The translations under genes and the position numbers were made by a program. A stretch of DNA of 62,967 bases, filler included, from Globobulimina sp. (taxonomy: Eukaryota), in assembly GCA_003354225.1 (NCBI GenBank). It is 31 parts of 31 records of this genome, joined end to end, with 100 filler letters (N's around TTAATTAATTAA, not from the genome) between each part and the next. Parts side by side here need not be neighbours in the genome. Positions count along the whole stretch, not along the records: positions 12,214 to 14,148 come from PIVH01010425.1; positions 14,249 to 16,183 come from PIVH01010426.1; positions 16,284 to 18,218 come from PIVH01010427.1; positions 18,319 to 20,253 come from PIVH01010428.1; positions 20,354 to 22,288 come from PIVH01010429.1; positions 22,389 to 24,323 come from PIVH01010430.1; 25 more parts are not named here. One strand, given 5' to 3'. The notes under the pieces were generated by a model. The model searched no databases, was not told the origin of the DNA, and was given only the letters and a program-made list of their open reading frames with translations. Positions 12,298-24,423 of this stretch are shown here, one piece after another. Within the stretch, counting starts at the first letter, position 1. Every line of letters begins with the position of its first letter.

Positions 12298-13530
12298 TTA
12301 TTTCAACACACTCTGAAATATTTTCTTTTTTTCATCAGCTTCCTCTGAGTCGACGTCAAACCATTTACATTTACCATTATTTGCAAGGGAAAGACTTTGA
12401 TGACATTTATTGAGTACACACTTCTTCTCAGTTTTTAATTTATTATTTTCAGCCACTAATTTTGTATTTTCTTGAATAATTTGCTGTTTTTCGTGACTCC
12501 GACTTTTTCGTTCTTGTTCTAATAGTTTTTGCAATATTTTTACAGTATTCCTTTTTTGAGCTAATTCTTGCGTCAATGCCATATTTTTGTTGGTCATCTC
12601 TGCAATTTGTTGTTTATATTTTTCAATCATTAACTCTTCGTCATCTAATTCAGCGTTGTCCGCTTTGTCAGCATTATCGACAATGTTTGCAAAGTTGCTT
12701 ATTTTTGCAAGTATTTTGTTATACGTTTTTGCATTAATTAATAAATCAATCCTTATGTTTAAATTGTTGTTTTTATCGATCATATTTTGAACCGCTGCTT
12801 TATTTGCATTCAATCGATTTTGTGTTTTATTAAATTTAGCATTTGTTTGTGCGGCAATATTTTTTATATTTTCTTTTCTTTGTTTCCTATCTCGATCAGA
12901 ATTGTTTGAATCTGCTGATTTTATCATATTGTCACAAGTTTGCAGTTAATTTGAGATCTCATTCTTTGATAAACGCACAGTTTTAATGCAATTTGCAATG
13001 ATATCATTTTCTTTCCCTTCACTCAGATTTTGCTGTTTGTTTACGGCGGATTTAATATTTTCTAATTGTTTGAATAACATTTCTTGTTTGCTGTGCAACG
13101 CAGTTTTAATATCATTGAATGTTTCATTTATATATTTTACTTTGGCTTTCTTCGATTTGCTTTAATTTGATATTTTTAATACGCTCAATGCTTTGAGGAT
13201 ATTTTCTTTTCAATCCACAAAATATATTATCAAATTTATCCAATTCAGTTAATTGTCGCTTCATTTTCTCCATTGCCAATTCTTCATCTTCTGTGATGAC
13301 ATGATATTCGTTGGATATTTGCAATTGACATATTTTATTGACAGCATTCATAATATTCGGGAACAGAGATGCTTTGCCAAATAACTGTGGATCACTCATC
13401 AAACCTTGCAACTCCTTTGATGACATTGACAAAGACTGCGGTTTGACTGCGTCATGTTTGATAAACATCTTCCAATCCATTCTCATTGATCCACGCCTCG
13501 AAATTGAATGCTGTGCCTTCACCTTCATTA
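12298..13530 (-). pseudogene. Frameshifted SAM-like/coiled-coil protein
   Basis: FEAWINENGLEDV, then IKHDAV...LMSDPQLFGK in another frame; coiled coil continues across further frameshifts near 13130 and 12945. Confidence 0.55.
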
Positions 13531-13639
13531 CTTGTGTGCAGCATGTTTCAGGACTGAGTTTAAGTAAATTTACAACCTCAAAACTTTTTCTTTACTCAAA
13601 TTTTCTGGTTTCTGCGAATTGGACAGTGTTGTTTTTATA

Positions 13640-14148
13640 TCATACGAACCAAAACAACATTTACAATAGCTTTCATTGCCATTTCTGTGTCGCTGTCACA
13701 ATTATTTTCAATTCGAAGTAAAACTGTTTGTTGCAATTTATATCCATTCGATTGAATATTTTTTATATTTTGCAAATCTGAAATGTAATGCCAATCTTTT
13801 CTTTGGCTTTAATTATGCCGTAATTTGTGATATTGTCAACCATTTTGGTAATCCATTGCTTGTATTGGTTGCATTTGTAAATCTAAAATGGACGCTGCTG
13901 TTGCCTGCATTATGCATCATATGTTTTTTATGTTCAGTTTCGCCAAATTTTATAAATGGAAATGAAACTTCTGTTGCAATCTCAAGTTGTTGCAATTGAT
14001 TGTTATCGAATTTGTCCTTATTTTGAAGGATCTCTTTCTTCATTTCATTTCGCAACGAATTATCAAATATATTTGCGGCATACTTCAAATGAGCAAACAC
14101 CGGCTTATGATCACTTTGCTTTTGTTCCATCGACAGCCAATATTTCAA
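13640..14148 (-). pseudogene. OCRL/INPP5B-type inositol 5-phosphatase C-terminus plus ASH domain, frameshifted
   Basis: SDHKPVFA motif, ASH-like N.G...HFRF...PKWL; continuation YGIIKAKEKIGITF, LQQTVLLRIEN and CCFG lies in shifted frames. Confidence 0.75.
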
Positions 14149-14248
14149 NNNNNNNNNNNNNNNNNNNNNNNNNNNNNNNNNNNNNNNNNNNNTTAATTAA
14201 TTAANNNNNNNNNNNNNNNNNNNNNNNNNNNNNNNNNNNNNNNNNNNN

Positions 14249-15079
14249 CATAGACAGCGAATATTGTTACGTTTTTCATTCATTTCGTTGTATATTATCA
14301 GTGGTGGAACGATATTATTTGCCTGGAATTTTAAGAAATATTACGCGGATCCACGGAAGGAGCTATTTGAGAAAGATCCAAAATATTCGCTTGATACAAA
14401 AACTAGAGATAAAATGATCAAAGATATGGCAAATAAATTTGACGAGAATATGCAATTTATAACAGATAAAAATGAGAGTATTAATGGTTTGGATGTTTTA
14501 TCAAATGGAAAATTCTTTATTTTATATTTTGGAGTTCCTAATTGCAATGATAAATGTTTGCATATTTTACAAACTATTGAAGCAAGTTTAAAATGTAAAA
14601 AATTGCAAAAATTAAAGGATTTTTTATGCGTTTTGTATATTGATATAAATATATATGATTCAGTGGAGAAATTGAATGAATTTCTGACTGAAACGTTAGA
14701 TGCCTCCGATGTAAATATTATTGGTTTAAAACCTAAAAATATGGAGACATTAAAGGAATTAATGAATGCTTTTTCTGTTTATATCTATAAATGTGATGGG
14801 GATGGAACAAATCTGGTGTTGGATCATTCGAATATAATATATTTTGTGGACAAAGATGGATTATTATATGAAATATTGGGTGGCGATGATGAAATAAATG
14901 AGGAAAATATTATTGAGCGGACATACAATTTATTGTATCACAGTGAGTCTACATTCATGGGGAAATTGAGAAATACTCTTTCTTTGACATTTCAAACAGT
15001 AACAATGAGGCAAATGCCAGATCGTCATGTCAAAAGCCAGCAAGTGCCCGATCAACTAAACGATGGTCAAAGTATATAG
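14249..15079 (+). CDS. SCO1/SenC family copper chaperone-like protein, 5' partial
   Basis: TM anchor, GKFFILYFG..NCNDKC (CxxxC) and DHSNIIYFVDKDG (conserved His). Confidence 0.82.
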   Translation, partial: HRQRILLRFSFISLYIISGGTILFAWNFKKYYADPRKELFEKDPKYSLDTKTRDKMIKDMANKFDENMQFITDKNESINGLDVLSNGKFFILYFGVPNCNDKCLHILQTIEASLKCKKLQKLKDFLCVLYIDINIYDSVEKLNEFLTETLDASDVNIIGLKPKNMETLKELMNAFSVYIYKCDGDGTNLVLDHSNIIYFVDKDGLLYEILGGDDEINEENIIERTYNLLYHSESTFMGKLRNTLSLTFQTVTMRQMPDRHVKSQQVPDQLNDGQSI

Positions 15080-15123
15080 CAGCAAAACTTATAAAACTGT
15101 AAAATGAAAACTTTTAATTTATT

Positions 15124-16183
15124 TTAGTGCGTATTGATACGCTTTGGAAATATATCATTTATCTTTTCCAATATTTGATTATAATTGTCTTGCTTTTCTT
15201 TTTCCTTTTTGTTTAATCCAATAATAAATATTTTTGTTTTATGAATGCCAAAATATTTATATGTTTCTGAATCAGTTTCTCGATTTCCAAACCCGCCAAC
15301 AAATGGATAATTATCAAATGCATTAACAATCATATTCAATGTCTGTATTTTAAAATCCTGTGGTCTTTTTTGTATAACCTCCCTATACAAAGAAGCTCTG
15401 ATTGTCGAAGCGGAACATATCACCGCACCGTTTGGCACATTTAGCTCATTAAACAAATACTTTCTTGTCACCGATGATTGTCCAATACCCCTCGCAGTTA
15501 AATATATGATACGATATCTTGAAGAATTTAATCTGTTCAATATTTTACAAATGCCATTTTGTACATAATCAAATCCAATTTTTGGTAATAAATGTCCGCC
15601 CAAATCCGATTTAGTAATGGTTCCATCCACATCGGATATTATTATTTTATCCGACTTATTCCATAAATATATATTTCCAAAAACCTTTCTTTCTTTGAAT
15701 TTAAAATCATTTCCTGTTTCTGTTATATTTATACCATTAATAACATCATCATCGCTGTCCTCATTTGCTTGGATAGGTTTTATATTTTTTGTTTTTGTAT
15801 AAATTCGTTTCTTAAATTTATCCATTTTGGACGGCGTTTCTATAGTAAAAACAATGTTATTTTTGCCATTTTTTAATTTGGAAATAAATAATTGTATCTG
15901 TTCATTGTTTGGAATATTATTAATATTAATCACATCGTCTTCGATCATGTTCTGATTTATATGGATCAAATATATTTTATTTATTATTATTTTATATAGC
16001 AAACCGAGATATAGTTCTTTACAAAATATCTCTTTTTTGTTTTCTTTTCTTCCTTTTGTTGATCAGTTTTATTTTCCGATCCTCCCCAATGTGACCATGG
16101 AGACTGAACAAATGCCTTTACTTTGTCACGTTTTCTGGTTTGTTTTTTACTTTTATCTATTTGTATATTTCCATTATCAGTTA
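15124..16183 (-). CDS. Lipin/PAH1 phosphatidate phosphatase (LNS2 domain), 5' partial, intron 15952-16004
   Basis: LKNGKNNIVF, IYLW...IIISDVDGTITKSD..GH, YLTAR, REVI..RP..FK, GFGNRETD. Confidence 0.92.
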
Positions 16184-16408
16184 NNNNNNNNNNNNNNNNN
16201 NNNNNNNNNNNNNNNNNNNNNNNNNNNTTAATTAATTAANNNNNNNNNNNNNNNNNNNNNNNNNNNNNNNNNNNNNNNNNNNNTGATGGACTGTTTTTTT
16301 TTTTTTAACTTATTCAAGTATAGATTCCATCTCATGATATTTTTAATTTTCGTTTTTTTTTTAAGCCAAAACTCGAGTCAACTGTTATTTTTTCATGGCA
16401 AACTAAGC

Positions 16409-18218
16409 ATGAACTCAAATCGCAACAGTTACACATGGACCATTGACACATTGGATGAACTGATCAATGCAAACAATGGCGATGTCTTCAAAAGTCACAC
16501 ATTCCAACTTGGTAACATTGAGTGGCTGATCGAATTATATCCCAATGGCGAGGCAGAGCATAACATCGGTTGTTTTATCGTGTTATTACAACCAACATTA
16601 ATCCCAACCTTATGGAAGAAAATCAGCTATTGCCGAACCATTAAATGCAATGAAACCGAATGCAGCAACACCGGCATAACACACATATTCCACACAAAAA
16701 ACACCTCGCCGCACGCCACCGGCTGGATGGATGAAACTATGTCGTTCCGACAATTCCAGCAAACCACAAACATCCACAAAACAATCACATTTGCCATCAC
16801 TATCAATATCTTACAGGTCGCACTCCAAAACGATTATATTTTACACATATTTAAACCCAAAAAGACATTGCCAAAACAAGAGACATTGCAATGGCAAATA
16901 AACAAAGACTTATTATCTAAATTTATCTCCGCGCCGCAGACGCCAAATGGCCAGATCTTCGAAAGTCAAATATTTAATAAAATGTGGTGCATTTCGTGTG
17001 ACATTCGCCCGCAGGCAACAGACATGACCATATACCTCCAATTATGCTCATTGCCGCCACTTATTCACAAAATAGACATAAGTTACACTTTTAAATGCAA
17101 CCAAACCAAAACTATCCAGAATGAATGCGATGAATTCAGTTTAAATCACCAGAGTTCCGGATCGAAGCAAGCATTTATTAATCTTTCGCAATTAAACAAT
17201 TTAAAACTAGACTCAATTGTCATTTTCCTGCATATTAAATATTTACGAACGCATTCCAAAGCAAATGAAACCAACGATATCGAGATGAAGGAACCGGTGC
17301 AATGCCACGAAAATAAGACACATACAGATAAATATAAATATGCATTGACTGATTTGATAACCACAATGAAGGCGCAGTTACAGCCCCGAACTTGCCACCG
17401 ATCGCTGAAAATCAACAAATTACGGAAATTGGCGCAGAAACACTATGCCAGAAACAAAGTAGTGATAGAATCGCACAACAAAAACGATGCAGCATATTTT
17501 GATGAAATTATCAAATATCTAAACACAAATAAGTCGCAAAAAAATGGCCGCGGCAATATTTCCATCCATTGCGGTGATGAATTGATTAAACAGCAAAACG
17601 CGTTGAAAATATTTATTATTGATGGCAATGATATCGATCGAGTGCGCAATCCATTGTTAATTGGACAGAGAGGCTTGAAAACGAGGTCTGAGATGAAAAT
17701 ACCGATTGGCACCGTGATTGGGGAATATTTTGGCGGAGAATTCCTAGAGAATGAGTTCGATGATATTTATCATGGCACAAAACAGTTTGTGGACATTAAT
17801 GAATATGCATTGAGCGCCACAGTGGAGGTTGAGATTAAACATTCGCGCATTGGATATTTTACCAATACGCATGGCAATGATGCGGCGGATGCGGCAGAGG
17901 CAGAGGCAGAGAATGACTATTTTGTGAAGCAGGAGTTTAGCGTAGTTATTGATGGTTTAAACTTGGAGTGCAAAAGAAAAGCAATGTTGATCTATATGAA
18001 TGATTGCAGGAAAGACATAAATATGACACAGAAAACAAAGGAGGATGAAGAGTGCCAAAATGTGGAGTTGGTGACGGTTTATCACAATGGATGGCCGAAA
18101 ATATTTGCAGTGGCAATTCGAAATATTGAGGGAGGCCGTGAGTTGCTGACATTTTATGGAAAGTCGCATGTTGGCTGGGAACAAGATAAATTGCGGTATG
18201 AGTCCAATCATAGGTTCA
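16409..18218 (+). CDS. MATH-MATH-SET domain protein, 3' partial
   Basis: YTWTI...WLIELYPNG and LQWQI...MWCI MATH repeats; SET motifs GQRGL...IPIGTVIGEYFG, YMNDCR, NVE, AIRNIEGGRELLTFYG. Confidence 0.8.
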
Positions 18219-18320
18219 NNNNNNNNNNNNNNNNNNNNNNNNNNNNNNNNNNNNNNNNNNNNTTAATTAATTAANNNNNNNNNNNNNNNNNNNNNNNNNN
18301 NNNNNNNNNNNNNNNNNNCC

Positions 18321-19337
18321 AAGATAGAAATTGCAACGTGGACGGAATGTGCACGTTATCCCGGAACTGAAGCTGCGACATCGAATCTCATTGCAATCAA
18401 TGCAAATGATTATGTTGTAGCGAGTAAAAATGCATTGATAAAATATAACAGAGATCTGAATAAATGGAGTGTTTACAAATCATATCCAATGGGATTTAAT
18501 CAATTTGCGTGTTATGGAACGAGTGCAATAGCTTTTGACGCAAAAACCTGTTCTTTGTACATATTTAACAAAAGCAGCGCATTAATTAAAATCAACTTAA
18601 ATGAGTTTGCAATCAGCAAAAAATCACTCAATTATAAAATTTTTAAACTAAATGCGTATAATAATCAAACCAAATACAATCAACACTCTTCCTTAATATT
18701 TGTGAATGGCGAATTGCATATAATTGGCGGTGACGGCAATAACAAACATTATACGTTTGATGGAAAAGGCCGATTCAGACAAGTTCATAAATTCAAACAG
18801 CATAAACCTGGCTTTTCGAAACATTCATTGGTTCGCATCCCATCACAAAACAGATTGTTATTATTTGGTGGATTCAGCGCAAATCATGGCTATGTTGATA
18901 CAATTTATTCATTCTCGTTGAGTGGTTGTAAATGGGTTAAATTATCGACAAAGTTACCAAAGAAAGCCAGTAATTTGTCGTGTGTTGTTTCACGGGATGG
19001 AAAATACGTTATTTTGCTGGCGGAAATAGTGAGTTTGGACAATGAAAATATAGCATGGTTTATGGAGTTATCGACGTTTGAATTCAGAACAAGCAATGTG
19101 AATATTGGAGGTATGATGGTGTGTCCATTGAAAGCAGTTTTAATGGATAATTATTCAGCAAATAAAGTTTTGATTTATGGATTTTTGAGGAATATATGGG
19201 AATCGTTGAAGAAATATAATTTACGATTTATTTCAGATGATTCAATGCGAATAATATTGTCACTGTATGGCGACGATGATGTGCATGTGCTTGATGTGAA
19301 GGGAAATCATTATAAGATAAAACTGGATGTTTTGTGA
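18321..19337 (+). CDS. Kelch-repeat protein, 5' partial
   Basis: LHIIGG..NNKH, LLLFGG...YVDTIYSF...W, and C-terminal VLIYGFLR...ILSLY motif. Confidence 0.82.
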   Translation, partial: KIEIATWTECARYPGTEAATSNLIAINANDYVVASKNALIKYNRDLNKWSVYKSYPMGFNQFACYGTSAIAFDAKTCSLYIFNKSSALIKINLNEFAISKKSLNYKIFKLNAYNNQTKYNQHSSLIFVNGELHIIGGDGNNKHYTFDGKGRFRQVHKFKQHKPGFSKHSLVRIPSQNRLLLFGGFSANHGYVDTIYSFSLSGCKWVKLSTKLPKKASNLSCVVSRDGKYVILLAEIVSLDNENIAWFMELSTFEFRTSNVNIGGMMVCPLKAVLMDNYSANKVLIYGFLRNIWESLKKYNLRFISDDSMRIILSLYGDDDVHVLDVKGNHYKIKLDVL

Positions 19338-19386
19338 ATTGTGATAGTTTACTTGAGCCACAGAAAATCTTTTTAGCTAAAACATA

Positions 19387-19938
19387 ATGGGACAAACGTG
19401 TTGCACTTGTAAAGAGGGAGAAGCTTCGCAACATACCACTCCTAATACGATTAAAAAACAATCACAAAAGGAACGATTGTTGCAAAAAACAAATGAATCC
19501 GTTGCTGAGCCTGGTCAATTACCAGAGTCGCAACAAAAGATTTTAGATAATATGGAATTGAAGCAATTATCAATGGATTTATTGAAAGAGAGTAAGGGCG
19601 CCTTTGTGAAATTTGCTGCTAAACATTTAGAGAAAATATTAAATAAAGTATGGCCCAAAGTAGATGTGAATAAAAAGGGATATATTGAGACTTCAGAGCA
19701 GATTGCAGAGACCATCGGGTTTATTGTGATGGTGTATAAAGGTTCGAGGAAACAGAAGCCAAAGAAACAGGAAATGTTAACTCAGATACGACATATTGCC
19801 ACATGGATAGTGACCAGATATGGACAGAAAGACGCAAACACCGCAAATGAGGAATATGTGTTAAAATTAACAAGGAATGAATTTCAAAATAATATCAATA
19901 AATGGATGGTTCAATATGTTGAAAGCGATGCTGCCTAA
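19387..19938 (+). CDS. Small acylated EF-hand-like protein
   Basis: MGQTCCTC N-terminus (myristoylation/palmitoylation pattern); DVNKKGYIE EF-hand-like loop. Confidence 0.65.
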   Translation: MGQTCCTCKEGEASQHTTPNTIKKQSQKERLLQKTNESVAEPGQLPESQQKILDNMELKQLSMDLLKESKGAFVKFAAKHLEKILNKVWPKVDVNKKGYIETSEQIAETIGFIVMVYKGSRKQKPKKQEMLTQIRHIATWIVTRYGQKDANTANEEYVLKLTRNEFQNNINKWMVQYVESDAA

Positions 19939-20353
19939 ATTTGTATTTTGTTGCTCGTGCTTTCAAATAATTTAAGAGAAAATGACAATGTATTTTTGTT
20001 GATTATATATTAATTGTTTTTGTCTGAATTGACTAATGTCAACTAAGTTCGGAAACTTAACATTTTAAAGCATGTCACTTTTACAGTCACTTCTAGCCGA
20101 GATTGGATTTTTAAACTACGATAGCAGTTTACATACGAAACATCTATGCAACATAAACATATGCTATATTAGTTTAAAAGCGATCTCAAAAACAACAGGC
20201 GATTTTGCCACAAAAAATAAAAAAAAAACAACAACAAAATCATATATATAGTCNNNNNNNNNNNNNNNNNNNNNNNNNNNNNNNNNNNNNNNNNNNNTTA
20301 ATTAATTAANNNNNNNNNNNNNNNNNNNNNNNNNNNNNNNNNNNNNNNNNNNN

Positions 20354-21069
20354 GATTTATCAAATGCATTGGATGTGACAAATTTGTTGTGTCCTTTTGT
20401 AAATCTACGAATATCTCGAAACCGTTTGTTTGTTTTGTAGGTATTCTCAATCAATGAACAAATTACATCCGTTCTCTCATCATAGGTATCATCACATTCA
20501 TTATTATTATTATTACCATCTTTTGCTTCGTTTAGTTTCTTTTCGATTGTTTTTGCGGACAAACGGAGTGTATGACTCATATAACAATGTATATTGTCCA
20601 TTAATTCCTGGAATGCGATGTTGTTTAACATATTTGCAATGTCATTACGATTACCATCAATAAAAAATAATGCCTTTGTTTTGTGGGTTTGTCCTCGATA
20701 CAATGCTCTGTCTCTGTTGCTTCTCTTTAATATGTAACATTGACTCGCATCGCAATCATAATCACTTTTTTTATTTTCCTCTTCGTCGCCAATTAATAAT
20801 TCTTTATTTTCTGTCACAAATTTAAAGTCGACAGCTAATAAATTGCAGTGATACTTATTTGATAAACCAATATTTACTGCATCATAAAAATTATTATTCT
20901 TTTTTTCTTTTTCTTTTTTGTTGATCCACAATGTATATAATTTTAAGATGATTTTAATTCGTTTCAATGAGGATTCGCTTTGTTTATATCCTATATTATC
21001 AGTCATATTATTAAATAATGCATTTAATGCTTGTTTAATCGACCCATTCTCATCTGCAATATTTAACAT
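20354..21069 (-). CDS. Hypothetical protein of a repeated family, 3' partial
   Basis: About 240 open codons; shares motifs with 27556-28073 (see findings). Confidence 0.6.
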
Positions 21070-21289
21070 TTTTAATATGTCTCTCGTCGTCTCATGTTTT
21101 TCCTTTTTTTGTTTTGTATGTGTCTTGTTTATGCATGATATATTTATGTATGCTTAACTAATTTGACTGCATCACTCGTTGCAGTCGCAGACGTCGACAT
21201 AAATATATGTTACCTGACAATATCTGATGTTCTGTAGGTAGTTTGGTCGAGAATGAGTTTTGAAAAATACTTAAGCTTAATACTACACT

Positions 21290-22271
21290 ATGTCAGCAAA
21301 CATCAGATCTGAAACAGATATTTGGATATTGTTATATTATATTGGCGAAGTTATTTGTGTTTCCATTTTATTGTCCCAAATCGTCGGCCTTTGCTACAAC
21401 TCCTCACGTTTACACGCGTTAAATCACCAATCATGGGTATCCAAACAAGGCGCAACCAATAAAATATTGACCTCATTATTTACAACCTACACTTGTTCAA
21501 TAATTGGCATTGCGATCGTTATCTCGAGAATTGGCAATCATTGGTACGATCCGATCCTTTGCCAGTACACATATATGATATCATTTATGCTCTTTGCAAC
21601 AGCAAAAATTTGTAACTATTATTTCTTTCTACAAAGGTAATGTATTTCCACCTCACTACAAACCGCAAAATCGCAGAATAATCACCATATATACACCAAA
21701 CAGAGCAAAACTGGCACAAGGTTTGAATCAGATATTACCTGAAATTGCATTTGAACGGATATTTCCTATGCTATTTATAGTAATGTACATTGTATATATA
21801 ATTATGATCATATTGTTACCATTGGATGGCACCACGCAAATCTCTGCCAATACCGGGCGAATGTTATGTATTTGGGATGCGCCCGATGTCGAACATGCAA
21901 TAATATTTTTTATATCTACAATATTCGACCTATCCATGACTATATTTTTCCTCTATTTATATGGCAAACCAATGTGTGACATCGTACGCCATTCGACCGA
22001 GCAACGTTCCCCTTCCAACACGTCAAACACACACGAAATGAAATTGCGACGCTGCATTATTGTGAATTTTATATGTTCGTCAATATCGACAATACATACA
22101 GGCATTATAGCTTTGACGTGGTGGAACATCTCGTTTATGTCATGGTGGATCGTTATGGACAATGTGGTAAATTGTGCGTGTTTGTTTGGAATGTTTGCGT
22201 CGAACCGGCGGCTATTATTACATTGTTGCTCGTACATGGAGCCAAGCGTATGTGGTAAAACGAAGAGATAG
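21290..22271 (+). CDS. 7TM/GPCR-like protein, intron 21637-21703
   Basis: The GT-AG intron joins two ORFs (FLQR|AKLAQG); seven hydrophobic segments; LYLYGKPM and DNVVNC motifs. Confidence 0.8.
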
Positions 22272-22388
22272 TCTGTTATTTTTTTTTTNNNNNNNNNNNN
22301 NNNNNNNNNNNNNNNNNNNNNNNNNNNNNNNNTTAATTAATTAANNNNNNNNNNNNNNNNNNNNNNNNNNNNNNNNNNNNNNNNNNNN

Positions 22389-22557
22389 ATAACAACATGT
22401 TACCCCCTAATAACATTTTATTTGGTATATGAAATCTCAAAAACAATTTTTTGTTTGAGAAAAGTTATTTTTTTTGTCATCCATAAAAATCATCAACGCC
22501 TTCATTTTTGTATTCATCACTGCCTTTTATTGATTATTAGGGGTAACATGTTGTTAT
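22389..22557. mobile_element. MITE-like element with 24-bp inverted termini
   Basis: ataacaacatgttaccccctaataa (22389-22413) versus ttattaggggtaacatgttgttat (22534-22557), one indel; no ORF. Confidence 0.55.
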
Positions 22558-22594
22558 AAAAACTGAAAATGTAATAATATTTATATTTACAAAC

Positions 22595-22912
22595 ATTTAA
22601 TATGTCCATTGTCAAATATATTTCTCCCTTATTTTGGCCATAACCAATGTCTGGATAATATAATAATTTTAAGGTTTTAATCATTGCAAATTCTTGCCAT
22701 ATTTTGATTAGTTGCCTCTTATTTTCGTATTTAAATACTTTTGTATAATATACGGCCTTTGGGTTATTTACATGATGCGTCAGATGTATTGATTTGTCAG
22801 CTGATCGATAGTGTTCTTCTCCTAATCTCCATCGTTTTGACCAATTTTCAAAACTCAATATCTCATCAAACAGAGGCCATGGAAGAGTGTCGTTTTTATA
22901 CTCGTATTCCAT
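22595..22912 (-). CDS. First exon of a divergent protein kinase-like gene (N-lobe)
   Basis: YYTKVFKY...IWQEFAMIK...IYLTMDIL has beta3-Lys / alphaC-Glu / hinge spacing; followed by a GT donor. Confidence 0.45.
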
Positions 22913-23150
22913 ATTCTTTCTCTCTCTCTCTTTCTATTTTATATCTTAGTTTGCTTGCTTTAGGTAGTTGCTATGCTCTTTCTTAAAAAGGCAAGGAAAA
23001 AGTTTTTAGTGTTTTATTAATATAAATTTGAGAAAATCACCGTCCTCTACGCTCCTCACGCTTCTCTATCGTACTCCAATCGAATCGAATTAACTATTGT
23101 CCTCTTTGAACGCTTTCTATCCGATTCCCAATTGAATCAATCCAACAAAA

Positions 23151-23880
23151 ATGGGCAACCAAATCACTAGAAACAACAGAAAGCATCGATTCACATCATA
23201 TCCATTGCAACAAACTACCTCAATAATAGTGTGTGACACCGTCCAATTCATTGCCAATTGTGGTGCACAAATGAAACCAGCAGCACGCCGCAAAAAATTG
23301 AAATTGAAATTGGTAAAAACATTGGATTTATTTAATTGGCAAACCAAACAAGACCCAGAACGAATTAACATTGTATTCGTGACGAAGAAAAGAGCTGTCT
23401 TATTGTGCAAATACGGGGATCCTTCCATTTTTAATTTGATTATCGAATATTTAAAAGCTGAGATCGGACCAACCATTTTATTTAGGTTTGTTATTGGTTT
23501 GTTATTGGTTTGCTTTTAGTTTTCTTTGTTTCAAACTTGTACAATGTAATGTTTTCTTATCTTATTTTAGCGATTTCAGTTTATCGATGGTATTGGCGGC
23601 TGAATTGGAGCAAAAAAATTTAGAAATGAAGGAAGCAGAAAATGACATTAATATGTTACTCGACGAATTGGATAAGAAAGACCAAATAATATTTTCTCTT
23701 GGAAGTAAATTAAAAAGTATGGATTTTGAGGCTCCGGATCCGGAGAATGAACATGAATTTGAGGATGTTGTGGATGGACATGTGGGTGAGTTGGAGGATG
23801 GCGCTGTAACTGCTGTTGTAAAATTAAAGAATATCACTGAAACATATAAAATATCAGATCAAACTAGCACCATACTGTAA
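23151..23880 (+). CDS. Hypothetical myristoylated coiled-coil protein, intron 23486-23570
   Basis: MGNQ start; the GT-AG intron joins ORFs 23151-23519 and 23488-23880 in frame. Confidence 0.65.
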
Positions 23881-24423
23881 CTTGTTTTTTTTTGTTTCTT
23901 TATTGTGAATAACAGTTTACTGTTTTTGTTGTTTTGTTTTTTTGTTGTTTTCTTCTTTGTTGTGTTCATCAATATTATTGATTTTTTTAATTGCTTTAAT
24001 TGTAGTATTAAGTATTGCGTCTTGATAACTTGCTGCATGTCCGAATAGAATACAATTAATGGAATGCATGGAAATGGATTGCGATATTGTATGGCGTAAA
24101 AATGCATGCCATGGCTTAAACATGTTTCGACTTCAAAATTTTCCGCATGCTGAATCGCGGATTTTGTTTTTATTTGTCACAGAAGCATATTGTGAACTCA
24201 AAAATAAACTTTTTGTTCTAAAATTAAAATAACAATACAATCCATGAAAAAAAAACCAAAAGAAAAAACAGAAAAGAGAGGCAAAAAAAAAAAAAAAAAA
24301 AAAAAAATACACAAAAAAAAAAANNNNNNNNNNNNNNNNNNNNNNNNNNNNNNNNNNNNNNNNNNNNTTAATTAATTAANNNNNNNNNNNNNNNNNNNNN
24401 NNNNNNNNNNNNNNNNNNNNNNN

